Assembly (NCBI GenBank): GCA_001938485.1
Contig: MQRK01219511.1
Span: 1-49,238, forward strand
Reading direction: 5' to 3'
Length of the DNA stretch: 49,238 nt
Source: Girardia tigrina
Lineage: Eukaryota
In this document: positions 36,934 to 49,238 of the stretch, one piece after another
How positions within the stretch are numbered: position 1 is the stretch's first letter
Layout of the letters: each line of letters starts with the position of its first letter
The notes under the pieces: model-generated
Seen by the model: the letters and a program-made list of their open reading frames with translations, nothing else
What the model was told of the DNA's origin: nothing
Databases searched by the model: none
Program-made: the position numbers and the translations under genes

Positions 36934-39724
36934 TTAAAACTTCACTATCCGTTTGAGATTTCCGTAGCAAACTACTCTATTTAATTTTCTACAGCTTTCG
37001 GCAAACCATTGTCCTGTTTTATTTACAATAAGGCAATTTTTCTCTCGACCTCCACTTGGTTCTCCAGAAGCAAAGTTCCTAAAACGTAATAAGACATAAT
37101 ATTCTGAACATTTAAATGAACTTGTAGCTTAATTCTGTTTTGTCAGCATCTACCCAGCGATCTTCTTGTTCATTATCATTTCCATCAATCCAATAGCTAC
37201 AAACTTTATGTTTCAAGGACCCACCATTGATCAATCTCTAAAATGATAAAAATAGTTTGAATAAATTATTAAAATTCTTTCTAACATCAGTTTCTGCATC
37301 TTTAATTCTGATCATTTTGAGGCCAATGGATTTGCAGTAAGCCATTCCACCATCGAATGTCATTTTAGCTTTCGTATAATGTACATCCAATGAACTGTCA
37401 CCTGAAAAGTAAATGTGCAGATATTTTCAAGCTAATTTGTGTTGAATTCAAATGACGCTTGCTAACCTTCATAAGGATTTCTGGAGCAAACTGCAAAATA
37501 TTTGTTTGAGCAAGGTATATCCCACCAAGCGCCCTCAAGATTATTATGAGAAATGATACAGTTTTCACCTCTACCACCGTTTGGTTCATTATTAGCCCAA
37601 TTTCTTTTCAAATATATGAAATACATTTAAAAACAAAAAACAAAACTATTTACTTATATGTCATAAGTCTTCCATTTGCATCCACCCAAGTTCCTTCTGA
37701 CGTGTGGTCATTTCCATCGATCCAGTAATAATCAGCAACAATTTTTTTAGCAAAAGCTGCTAAAAAACCCTTCATAATTATAAAAAAATTTAAAAATAGC
37801 ATGATTATAAAAACTAAACTTTTGAGGCTTCATTTTTGATACGAACTAATTGAGTACCACGAGTTCTACAATATTGAAGCGCTTCATTATAAGTATATCT
37901 TTCGGTTGATATCATCAAATTATCAACATTAACTTCATAATCATCTAAATTTTAATAATTAAAATGTAAAAGTTTTGTCTTTTGTCAAAGTATTACCCAT
38001 ATACGGCATTGTTAGACCATCTTTATAACAAAGCGCGAACAGATTCTTATAAGTACAAGGGAAATCATTCCATAAAGCGTCATGCAACAAATATCCATTT
38101 ATACAGTTTTCATTCCTTCCACCATTTGGTTCCCCCGGGTAAAATCCTCTACAAAGTTTTATTCATAATTATATTCCAAATTATATTCTAACTTGTGTTT
38201 TAGTTCGACATCGTCAGAATCAACCCATTTGCCTTCTACTTTTGCGTCATTTCCATCAAGCCAGTATAAATCTAAATACACTCTTCTTGTAAATCCATGA
38301 ATCATACCCTAGAATTAATATTTATTAAAAATATTGAAATAATGATATTTTAAGAAACATTTTCTGCGGCACTATTTGCTTTCGCCATTTTGAGACCTAA
38401 TCCTTTACAATAGTCCTGAGCTTCATAGAATGTCAACCTTTCATGAGATGCAATGATTGTATTGGGATCTATAGAAATATTGTGACATTAGTTTAAATAT
38501 TTATATTTTACAATATGGTGCTATAAAAAGTTTTACCTGCGTTGGTATTTCGATTGTCTTCTTTATAACAAATTGCCCATAATTGATAGCTGCATGGGAA
38601 ATCATTCCAAAGTCCATCAACAGTAAGGTAACCATGTCCACAATTTTCTCCTCTTCCTCCATTTGGTTCTCCTGGATGAAAATTTCTAAACAAAATATTC
38701 CAGTTATGTAATTCTTTGTATTTATATTCTTACTTATGAACAAGCTCTTTTCCATCAGNATCAACCCATTTTCCTTCAGTTACGATATCATTTGCGTCAA
38801 TCCAGTAATAATCCGAATATGTTTCTCTTGCGAAACTATGAACGACGGCCTATGAAATATTCAATCATTCAAAAAAGATTTTATGTATTTCCTTTAACTC
38901 ACATTATCCAAAGCATGTCCAATTTTCACCATTTTCATTCCACGATTGCTACAATATTCTTGAGCGTCGGCAAATGTCATTTTACCTCTCGATACAATTA
39001 AACCACTTCCTTCAATCTCTATTTGATTTCCTGAAATAGTGATAAAAGTCATGTAATCAAATATATCTTTAAAACATTTTATTGTAATAAAAATTATAAT
39101 ATCTAATAATAATTCATTTATCATAATTAAAATTATAACCCAAATATAATTGACTCGGATCCCTTTGACATATCGCCCAAATACGAGCCACGCAATTCAA
39201 GTCATTCCACATTCCATTTACTCGATATACCATTAAACAATTTTCGTTTTTGTTGCCGTTTGGTTCATGTGGTGCGAAATTTCTATAAAATTCTCATTCA
39301 TCATATTATCACAAAAGCATCCTTTACTTGTAAGGTAATTGATTTCCTCTTGCATCAACCCATGTTCCTTCATTTGTGTGATCATTTCCGTCAATCCAAT
39401 AGATGTCCGCTAAGACCTTGTTTGCATATCCATTCACTATTTTCTGTTAACAAATAACAACTCAAATTACTTTTCATAAATCGAAATTATCTTACATTAT
39501 CTTCTGCACTCGTAACGCGAACTAAAACCATACCTCGAGCTTTACAAGATTGTATGGCTTCATTATATGTTACCAAAACTTTTGTTACGAACAAGGTATT
39601 CGCATCAATATCACTTCGACAGTTACCAACAATCGCCAAGAAAATCGTTACCAGAATCTTTTCGTTTATACAAATAAATTAATATCAACGTCTATTTACG
39701 AACCAAACTCACAAAATTATTCAT
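36934..39724 (-). CDS. Secreted multi-domain C-type lectin with five CTLDs, 16 exons
   Basis: Manual splice model gives an open frame. Exon 1 MNNF (ATG 39724) plus ILVTIFLAIVGNCRS forms a signal peptide. Five triplets of exons follow, each giving T(Y/F)....C...G..(L/M) / YW(I/L)D.ND...E..WVD / EP(N/S)G....NC..W..C..C. Stop TAA at 36934-36; AATAAA on the minus strand at 36888-93. Confidence 0.9.
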
Positions 39725-39883
39725 AACGAACGATAATTCTAATGTATTAGAAACAGAGAAAGTTTTACAGAAATCGTCAATTTTCCTTTTTCCCAAATAC
39801 CAATTTATACTGAACTCATTCCACCTGCGAATACTTTGCTTCTCTTTCTCATTTTACTTTTCAACTCTCAATAAAACTTAACA

Positions 39884-40369
39884 TTTGTCCTGTGACTTTA
39901 CAATGTCTCCTCTTGACCACTTCTACATTGACCATTGCTCTCGATCTTGCAAAACACTTCACTTAGTTCAAAATTTGTTTCACTAAAAAATATGAAAACG
40001 AATCTTGATTAAATTAAATAATAACTAATTTTTATAGAAATATTTCATAACGAATTAGATTTTGTAACGATTAATGGAATCATTTAAAAAATAATGAATG
40101 CATTATAAATTTTTATTTTCTCATATTTTATTATACATTTATCACAATATTATGATTAAAATAATTTTTTTTGATAATTTCATTAAAGATTCGGCGTATC
40201 AGTTTCATCATTTTAAAATATTTTTTCGTATTGTGTCGAAATTTTTGTCCTGTGGCTTTACAATGTCTCCTCTTAACCACTTCTACATTGACCATTGCTC
40301 TCGATCTCCCAAAACACTTCACTTAGTTCAAAATTTGTTTCACTAAAATAAATGAAAGCGAATCTTGAT
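39884..40369. repeat. ~125-bp direct duplication (period 360 bp) upstream of the lectin gene
   Basis: 39884-40009 and 40244-40369 are near-identical. Confidence 0.92.
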
Positions 40370-40832
40370 GAAAAAGATACTGTAGTGCTCAGAAAAATTA
40401 ACATTAAATAAATTGAAAAAATTGAAAGAACTTTCAATTTTGATTTTTGCTTAGTTAAACTAAAAGTGTAAAAAATTGATGACAATTTTTAAATTTTTGA
40501 AAGTGGATTTGTGAATGAAGAAATAAATGTTCATTTTTATTCTCACCTTGTTATTTTTTATCATAAAAAAATAACACGAAAAACTATCTCATGCGAGAGC
40601 CATGAGATGGTGCCGCTCAACGACAACTCGAACCGGTTGGAAAGAACCCGGTTCCAACTCTCCCCATCTGACGGTGTCCAACGGACCGACATAACCGCTC
40701 CAGTCAGATCGACGGTACAATTCCGCTTTACGCTGTTGAAACGACAAGCCTGTCTTTGCGGGCACTGAGTCCCGGCATAATTAAGAGGTGCTGGTTGCCG
40801 CCACTCAGTTCGGCAGTCGGTAGTACAGATAC
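40273..40832 (-). pseudogene. Orphan Cys-rich exon(s) of an unidentified gene
   Basis: GC-elevated island with AG acceptor at 40833 and GTGAG donor at 40546. Reads GICTTDCRTEW..QCPQRQACRF..NCTVDL.. with tandem stops near its end. Phase-compatible with a following exon SETNFELSEVFWEIESNGQCRSG*. Confidence 0.35.
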
Positions 40833-41030
40833 CTATATATTATGGTTCTAAATTAAAATGACGTAATTAGTTATCTTTATTAGTTTTTTTACAAATAGTT
40901 TTATTTTAAAATCACGATAATACGTTGCATTTATTATGCTTCCGATATACATTTTAGTTACAAAACAGCACAATCCAGCCTTTTATATCTTTGAGCTGAT
41001 TGTAAACATTATTTCATAAAGTAAAATAAC

Positions 41031-41033
<3 letters not shown>

Positions 41034-41071
<38 letters not shown>
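41034..41071. repeat. (TA)n microsatellite
   Basis: Seen directly. Confidence 0.95.
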
Positions 41072-41076
<5 letters not shown>

Positions 41077-41720
41077 CGTGAATTCGGCAAACGACTTGCT
41101 AAAATCACGAAGTCAGCAATTTTTTAAAAAAAATTTTTAATTCAAATATGAAATTGATATTAATATTTAATATGAAAAATTTTGTATTTAATATGAAAAA
41201 AATATCAATTGAATATTATATGTTAAGATATGATATGTTAAAATTAAGATTTTACAAATTTAATGTAAAAAAATAATTTATGTAAAAATAAAATAAATTT
41301 TACTGTAGGTTTATTAAAATTTAATTTAGAGTCAATAAAAAGATTTATTATAAAGTAATAAAATAAATTTTAATTTTGATGGAAATATTTAATTGAAGTA
41401 AAATAAAAAGGAATATAAAGTTTAATATTTAATTTTTGAAATGAAAATAAACTAAACTATTATTCTGTAACTTTTATTTTAAATATAATTTTAAAACGAT
41501 TAAATTGAAGTAAATTAAAAGATGATTTTAATTTTTTTGGAAAATATTATTTTATAGAAATGGAAATGTAATTGAGAAACGATTAAATTAAAATGTAAAA
41601 TACAATGGAAATTTAATAAAAAAAAGAAAATCTGTGACCAAATTTTAATAAAATACCTTTAGATTTTGAACACAAGACGAGTATAAAATTTAAATTCTTA
41701 ATAAATAAAATAATAATATG

Positions 41721-41972
41721 TATATGTATATATATATTTTTTTTATAATGGTTTTGTGTTAGAAAAAGTGCTTAAGTATGATTAAAGGCCTTGTTCACAG
41801 AGTTTGGAATTTGACGTATAATTTTGAAATTCTTAATCAGGGTTTGAAAATATCTATATGTATATATATTTTTATTTATAATTGTTTGTGTAAGAAAAAA
41901 GTGCTTAGATATGATAAAGGCCTTGTTCACAGAGTTTGGAATTTTTCTTACAATTTTGAAATTCTTAATCAG
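41721..41972 (+). repeat. ~120-bp tandem duplication encoding KGLVHRVWN..YNFEILNQ, possibly a Penelope-like RT fragment
   Basis: 41721-41840 and 41855-41972 align closely. The Penelope assignment rests on weak motif resemblance only. Confidence 0.7.
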
Positions 41973-41982
41973 AGAGAGAGAT

Positions 41983-42062
41983 GGGATCTGTGTTACCCTC
42001 CTCCCGTGTGGATCCTGAGAAACTACGTGGGTTAAAGTCCGTCTCTAGGCGAATTTGGTAAC
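41983..42062 (+). ncRNA. HDV-like self-cleaving ribozyme fold (degenerate) at the LINE 5' end
   Basis: P1 GGGAUC(U)/(G)GAUCCU with G1-U wobble, P2 GUUACC/GGUAAC, L3-like CUCCCGU, P4 AGA..UCU, and J4/2 GGCGAAU (candidate catalytic C at 42050). P3 is imperfect. Confidence 0.6.
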
Positions 42063-42740
42063 GAAACTTACAGGGCTAGCAATCCTGTCTGTGGATATGT
42101 AGAACGCTTTAAAAACCCAAACAAGGGGTCTGTAGGACCCGAAGTCATTAAGCTCCCGATTGGTTTCGGCGAAACAAGTACCAAACGCGGATGATTGAAG
42201 GTGGAAACCTGGAATGTGTGAGGACAAATAGACGAGAAAATACTTTCAATAAATGAGGCTCTGAAAAAACGAAAACAGAGGCTTGTATCCTGACCGAAAC
42301 GCACTGCTGGGGCAATGAAACTACTGAATACGACGGATGGCAAATTCTCCACAGTAGCTATGCAATTGGAACACGAAAAGAAAGAGGAGTTGCGCTGATG
42401 ATCAAAGAAGATGATCCCACCAAACTGGATTTTAGACCAATTAATGATCGGCTTTTTATTTGCAGGTACATCATGAAATCAATTATACTAATCGTAGTGT
42501 ATGCCCCGACGGACTGCGGGTATACACATGAGGAAAAAGAGAATTTCTATCAGAAGCTGCAGGTGGAGATCGAGAAGGAAAAGAAATTCGCTAGAGAAAA
42601 GTAAATTGAACTACTAATTGGAGGAGACTTTAATTGTAGGTTGAAGAGCACTGAAGAGTACAAAGCGGTTGTAGGTATCTAAGCCAGTGGAGTGAAGACG
42701 TCGGAGAACGGAGAGCTGATTCCCGAGATGGCGATATCAT
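41983..42740 (+). mobile_element. RTE-like non-LTR retrotransposon 5' fragment with APE endonuclease
   Basis: LKVETWNV, TETH, RGVALMI, INDRL, IVVYAPT, EEKENFYQKLQ, IGGDFNCRL, SENGE. Stops and frameshifts; truncated before RT. Preceded by (AG)n. Confidence 0.88.
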
Positions 42741-42865
42741 GTATTTAATATGAAAAAATATCAATTTAAGCCTCAAACCTTCCTTTTTTATAATTTAATT
42801 TAAAATTAATTCTTTGATTAGGACAACATTAAGTAAGGCAGTATTGATATTTTATTAAAGATCAT

Positions 42866-42913
42866 TATTTTCAATCATTACCATATCAGTCTCTTGAGAT
42901 CCAGTAAATAAAA

Positions 42914-42945
<32 letters not shown>

Positions 42946-42997
42946 ANNNNNNNNNNNNNNNNNNNNNNNNNNNNNNNNNNNNNNNNNNNNNNNNNNA

Positions 42998-43035
<38 letters not shown>

Positions 43036-43086
43036 TTTTTTTATTTACTGGATCTCAAGAGACTGATATGGTAATGATTGAAAATA
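42866..43086. repeat. ~51-bp perfect inverted repeat around (TA)n and an N gap
   Basis: TATTTTCAATCATTACCATATCAGTCTCTTGAGATCCAGTAAATAAAAAAA at 42866-42916; reverse complement at 43036-43086. Confidence 0.85.
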
Positions 43087-43407
43087 GACATAATTATTGT
43101 ATATAATATATAACAAAAATATAATATATATGGAAATATTATATGTATCTTCATTCAATACATAGAGAAAACCTTGAAAACAAAAACTTTCATTATATAT
43201 AATATAAAATATTTAATTTTATATATAAAATATATAATATTTTATGCATTTTATATTACAATATTCACTTTTTGAAAGATAGATAAGGTAATGATTGATA
43301 ATATAATATATATGTTGTGCCGAATTTGTCTAATTGCCGAATTCGTGAAACAGGTAAAAAAATTGCCGAGTTCATGAATTCGGTAACAGTTTGCTGAAAT
43401 AGTGTTA

Positions 43408-45886
43408 TGTCGTGCTCCCTTTTAAACAACATTAATGATGACTATGAGCCCTCATCCGTTTTCATTAGAGTTCAAAAGCAACTCTAACAATCACCATCTC
43501 TGTGTATAGATACTCATTACGCTTGGGGAGTAGACGCGCCTCCTTTGCTTGCATCAACGAGTTGTGCAAACATTAGAGCGCCTTCGGGTTCTTAAGCAGT
43601 AACGAGGATGTCCCGACTGGTGGCTGAGCTTCTAGAGGGGATGATCCCAACTTTAACGACTCAATTTCTCAAACTTGATTTTATTATCTCACGCCAGACA
43701 ACGATACCTGAACGAGACAAATGATGGTCAGCCCAAGTGCCCCTGTGCCTGCTATGGTCTGCCTGCACTGTCTCCCTGAGTTCCTTGCCGAGCAGTGACT
43801 CCATCATTATGATAATTATACGCAGCTACTCCCGTTGAACTACTTATATATACACTATATTTAATTACGTTTTAATGTGTTCATCATATTCCATCAAATT
43901 CTATTACATGCTATTATAACTTTATTATATTCGCTCATCTTGGGACAAAACTAACATCTGATGCGTATCCGACTTACGCCAAATTCATCACAGAACTACA
44001 ATTTCTCGAAGGATTAATAAAAATAACTTTGATTGAAGTTTTACATGATAATTCTACTCGACGCTTTAATCTCAGAAATAGTGAAAACCTTTAATTTAAA
44101 AGCTACGATTCCCCCCCCCCCGATCATTGAACTAACTACTGATATACAAAGTTATAGAAACGCTACACTCCTTCACTCCAACCATCAAACCAATAAAGAT
44201 AATTTACAGTTACTACAAAATCAGTATGAACAGTTTGAGAGGTTTATTCTTGGATAATCATAACGATTCTGATCGTCATTTCAACTTTACCTTTACCATA
44301 CGGCATTTCCCTGAAGTTGATGACACCCTAGTTTATACTTTGATCACCTTTTAATCGTCGCCTCAAAATTACTTTTCGACTTTAATTTTATTTAATCACC
44401 GTTTGTAATCCTAACAGGGACTGTGTCTCATTCTCTCTAATTGATAACACGCCGCTCACATTTACAACCATTAAAATTAGTATATAAGAAAAATAAAATA
44501 AGATATACTTGAAGGAGAAACGTTATTCATAAATAGGAAATTTAAAGAAAAACCATTTATCGAATATAGACGACTCTTAAACAAAAGAAGATGTAATTTG
44601 GTTGTGTGATTGTCAGTAAAAGAAGTCCGAGATACTCAGGTACTATCACACAAAGTATTAATAGTGCAGGAATGGAAGGTTGAAAATTTTCACTATCACA
44701 GAACCATTAACATTTTGATGCCTATTTAGCCACTACTACGTATGTAATGTTGTGAGAAAATGATTACTCTGGAAGTTTGTACAAATATTTACACAGATTC
44801 CGTCCATGCAACCTGATTACGTACCCGTACTCAAGGACCGCCTCACTCGATCCCTTGAATACGGAGACGAATCACGATCGTACTTTCGATTCTCAAGCAT
44901 CATGGACTCAGTCTCGGTATCAATCATGACATTATTAAATATTATTATGAAACGAATCAGACATTAATCAGAAATTATATATTTAATTGAAGTCGATTAC
45001 CTCAACCGATAAATAAAAATCACACCTCTAATTAATAAAATGAAGACATAAACAACTTCGAATCGCGAATTAAAATAACAAATGATAAAATAATAACTTA
45101 AATCACCAAAGTCAATTGGAGTAAATATGTGAATCCATAACCATTAAATTGAGTCGAAATAAAATAATTAAATTAATTCAAAATAAATAAGTTAAAAATC
45201 ATTAGAATTATGAGAGGAATAATTAAATAAACGAACAATGCATGATAATTAAATTAAAAGAACAAATTAAACTCAAAGTAATGCCAAAACCTTCTTTAAA
45301 CTCTTCTTTCAAATAATAATCGTCTTCGTGAATTAAAATTCGTAGTTAGAATAATTAATTTTAAAGTATACGTCTTCTTTAAGTATAATTAAATGGGGCA
45401 GTTGTATACGCACCGGTTCAGGGTACTTATCCCTCCGGATGCGTGTTTATAAACTATTAGACTATTGTGGTAGGGCATCCTGTTTCGCGATCGGGATGAC
45501 GGACACTGACCGAACCGTCTTGGCCCTGACATTGAAATAAATAAATAATGTCGGCATCGGGACAAACAGGATGTCCCTGGATTCGCATCGGTCGCCGCGA
45601 ATAACAATCATAGAATTTGTAAGTTCAATTTTTAATTAATCAATTAAAATATTTAATTAGGGTTTTTTGTTTTTAGCTTTTCATGCTACTCAAACGGATT
45701 GGAAGCAGCGGACCGGAATCCTGACCCGGCTCAACATCCCGACAAGCTGGGAGCCAATTTAAAACTACTTGAGGATAGTCGAGTTTGACAATCCTCAAAA
45801 CATACTGAACATGGCTCTCATACGTAAGGGGTGTCGGGTTTGGGAAGGGATTTATATGGTGGCATAATTGGGACTCTATCGTAACA
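43408..45886. mobile_element. Long-form (2.5 kb) TG..CA element (copy D), opposite orientation to copy B
   Basis: TGTCGTG...CTCTATCGTAACA ends with a 4-bp TSD GTTA at 43404-07 and 45887-90. TGCCGAATT repeats of the host sequence continue on both flanks. Conserved block at 43408-43790. Confidence 0.85.
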
Positions 45887-45936
45887 GTTAGTGCCGAATT
45901 TATGAACTAGTCAATTTTTGCTAAATTCACTAACAA

Positions 45937-48115
45937 CAGTAAAACCTCCTTATATTGAACACTCCTTATATTGAATACCGCTCTATATTGAACACTTTTT
46001 TGGATTTAAATGTACATTAATTTAAAACAGCTCTTTAGAAATCCCTATATTGAACACCTCTGTAATCTGAACATTGAACATAATGTGAAGTGAGTTCCTT
46101 TGGTTATTTATACTATTTGTAATTCTATATTTTGAACAGTAAAAACCTGCGTTTGTTTAAACACGTTAATTTGCTGTGATTGTTTATGTTAATTTTAAAA
46201 AGTTTTAATTGCATTAAACTGTGAAAGGTATTTTTTAATTAATTTTCATTATTGATTAAAAATTGTAGTATTTTCTATTTGCGTTTTTTATTTCAGCAAA
46301 GTGAAAAGAAGAAAAACAACAGAAGAATTATCAATAAGTAAAAAAGTAGATATGATAGAATACAGTAAAGAGAATACGATTCGAAATGTCACAACAAAAT
46401 TTAACGTCTCAATTGGTTTATTTGTCAATATTAAGAAGAGAAAAGATGAAGATTTAAAATTATACGAACAAAACTTACATAAAGAAAGAAAAAGAAAGCA
46501 ACGACGATCAGAATATGACCAAATTAATAACCTAACGTGGCAATGGTTTATAAAAGCAATATCTAACAACATACCAATATAGGGACTACATATTAAAGAG
46601 GCATCTTTAGAGTTTGCAAAGAAAAAAAAATATGGAAAACTTTAAAGCCTCAAATGGTTGGTTAGAAAAGTTTATTAAATCACATAATGTCTCATTTAAA
46701 GCCTTAAGTGAGGAGTCATGTTCAGCAAATTTTAATAATGCTACAATTTTTAAAGACTATATTTCAAAAATCTTCAAAAATTACTCTCCAAGAAATATTT
46801 TAAACGTAGATGAAACAGCACTGTATTATAAGGCCATTCCAGGTAAATCATGGGTCGAGAAACAAAACAAAGGAAACAGAACAAAGGAAATAAAGTTAGA
46901 AAAGAAAGAGTTACCTTATTACTTGCCGTTGATACTGCAGGGGAAAAAATTAATCCTCTTGTAATTGGAAAAAATAAAAATCTAAGATATTTAAAAAATG
47001 TCTCCTAAGTAAATTAAACGTTGAATATACATCAAATAAAACTGCATGGATGACTTCAAAAATATTTGAATATTGGTTACAGAATATAAACAGAATATTT
47101 AAATTTGAAAAAAAGAAAAATACTTTTATTACTAGATAACTGTCCATCCCATCCGTATATAAATCTTTCTAATGTACAATTACAATTTCTTCCTCTGAAT
47201 ACGACATCACTGATTCAACCACTTGACCAAGGAATCATTAAAACTTTTAAAACTATATATATATGAAGGGGTTGATAAAGAATATTATTTCAAATATAAA
47301 TTTAGGAAATGTGAATTATATTTCACAAATAACGATTCTCGATGTGTTTATTTGGATAAAACAATGTTGGGAGGAAGTAACATCCAGCACAATCGTAAAT
47401 TGTTTTAGTTACGCTGGTTATTTATTTAATCAAGCTGATATAGAAAATAAAATTGATGATAACATTATGGAGCTTGATAAACTTATTAATGATGCAAAAT
47501 CTGCTGCATTGATTGATGAGCAGGTTTCAGCTGCAACTTATTTAACATTTGAGGATGACGATGAGTCATGGAAACTTTGCAAGAAGATCTAATAAATATT
47601 GTTATTGATGAAAATCAACTAGAATCAAATATGAGAAGATCAAAAAATGATGAAAATGAGAATGAAAATAAAGATAATGATATTGTAATTAATGATAAAA
47701 CAGCCATGTCATATTTAAACGATCTGAAGAAATTTGCCTTTACGTATGATGAAACAATAGTTAATGAGATATCTGTGCTTGAAAAAAATTAAGTGAATAT
47801 ATTTATAAAATTCAAAATGCAAAAGACAATCGAAAATAACGAAATTTATTAAATAAAGCTTTGCAACAGCGTTAATAACTGTTTTAATTTATTATTTTAC
47901 TTTTCACAATTTTTTTATAATCCTGTTACGTAGTAATATTTGTTAATATTTATGTATTTATTCATAATTAATTATAATTAATAACGAAAAGCAGTTTTAT
48001 AATACAAATAGAAACTATGTTAATGATACACATATATTTCTCCATATGTTGAACACCTCCATATGTTGAACACTTTTCTTGTAAAAAATGATGTTCAATA
48101 TAGGAGGTTTAACTG
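45937..48115 (+). mobile_element. Second pogo/Tigger DNA transposon
   Basis: TIRs CAGT(A/T)AAACCTCCT(T)ATATTGAACA with subterminal TAT(A/G)TTGAACAC repeats. TA follows the right end; AA precedes the left end. Confidence 0.92.
46301..47830 (+). pseudogene. pogo/Tigger transposase pseudogene, DD29D
   Basis: KRRKTTEELSISKK, FKASNGWLEKF, NVDETALYY, AWMTS..FE.WL, LDNCPSH...QPLDQG with 29-aa spacing. Multiple stops and frameshifts. Confidence 0.92.
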
Positions 48116-48267
48116 TATATGAAAAATTTTCATTTAAAAATTAAATTTTCTCAATTTAAAATGAAAAAATATGTATTTAATATGAAAAAATATCAATTTA
48201 ATATAAAAAAATCAAATTAATATCAAATTCTTTATTCAATATGAAAAATATGTATAGGCAGTGCCAA

Positions 48268-48920
48268 CTATTCTTGGTTTAAGTTTAAATGATTCTTCTT
48301 ACATTCGTTCGTCTTGTGACCCCATTCTCCGCAGCTAAAATATTTAATTATGTTACTTGATATACACTCTTTCCCTTTATGACCGGGCTTCTCACACGAA
48401 AAACATTTCAGTATAGAGGTTTTCTGGCTGCTCTCATCCGCCTGATAGAGTTCGTCATTCGGCTTTTGCGACATTTTATAAGAATCCCCCGCCACGAGGG
48501 AATTCCATCGCACCCTGATAAAGCTCTATAACTTTCACTTACAGAAACTTCCCCTCTCATTCAGTTAATTATGATCCTGACCTTTTCCACTAAATTAATT
48601 TGCGATATCTCGTCTAATTCTATTAATGTTTTTAATTTGACTCGCATATCATCGGGTAAACAGCTTAAAAAAACATTTAAATATTTGTTCATTAATCGCA
48701 AACTGCGATAATCTGCATAATCGCCTAATATCTTCGGCTAAATCTTCAACTGTTTCATCTCTCTGTAAAGTTCTCGACCGCAATTCTAAAAAGGAATTGC
48801 CATCATTCTTCCCAAAATCTTTTACTATGGCAGCTTCGACCTCTGCTCTCTCATTTTGACTCTCTTGTACGTAGAGAGTCAAAATGTTGAGAGTCTTCTT
48901 GTACACAGAGAAAGGTGCCT
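48268..48920 (-). pseudogene. LTR-retrotransposon gag relic with two CCHC zinc knuckles
   Basis: FLELRSRTLQRDETVEDLAEDIRRLC capsid-like motif; knuckles CFSCEKPGHKGKEC and YFSCGEWGHKTNEC. Interrupted by stops and frameshifts. Confidence 0.8.
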
Positions 48921-49238
48921 ATGTGGATGGTGGTGAAGTTGAACGGTAAGTGGGTTAATGCTCTTATTGATAGTGGGAGTTATGAGGGGTTAATTTTAAA
49001 TTTTTATCTCACCTGAATAGTTTATTATTTTTTAATTTAAAGGGTAAAATATTTTTATATTAATTTGCTTATTAAATATTTTAAAAAAATTAAAAATTAT
49101 ATAATAAATGAAAATCATAAAAACAGTAAAATATTTATTTAAAAATAAAAAATATCTTTAATGTATCTAAATAATATTAAATATCTTAAAATTAAAAATG
49201 TCAAGAAAACAAAAATATTAAATATTTATTTATAAATA

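Noticed and set aside
37030-37050. Apparent frameshift in lectin domain 5
   Set aside because: Recounting the T-run gives five bases, so the frame stays open (GREKNCL).

Overview
AT-rich eukaryotic (animal-like) genomic DNA with short GT-AG introns (mostly ~50-60 bp) and several N gaps. Most of the window is decayed, often nested transposons: Tc1, mellifera-type mariner, two pogo/Tigger elements, a piggyBac relic and a TTAA MITE, hAT, MULE, a BEL/Pao integrase, gag relics, an RTE-type LINE 5' end and several TG..CA solo-LTR-like elements with 4-bp TSDs. Three genes look intact, all on the minus strand. They are a single ubiquitin-like (UBL) protein with a di-Gly motif plus a short extension (12724-13047), a paralogous five-UBL tandem protein with no di-Gly (20533-21804), and a 16-exon secreted lectin with five C-type lectin domains (36934-39724). 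The most unusual signals are (1) this divergent UBL pair, (2) a ~370-nt block with conserved stems and a C(UUCG)G loop shared by four clear and one more distant LTR-like elements, (3) an HDV-like ribozyme fold at the LINE 5' end, and (4) an in-frame small-HSP/histone H2B chimeric pseudogene. All calls come from manual reading; no database searches were run.
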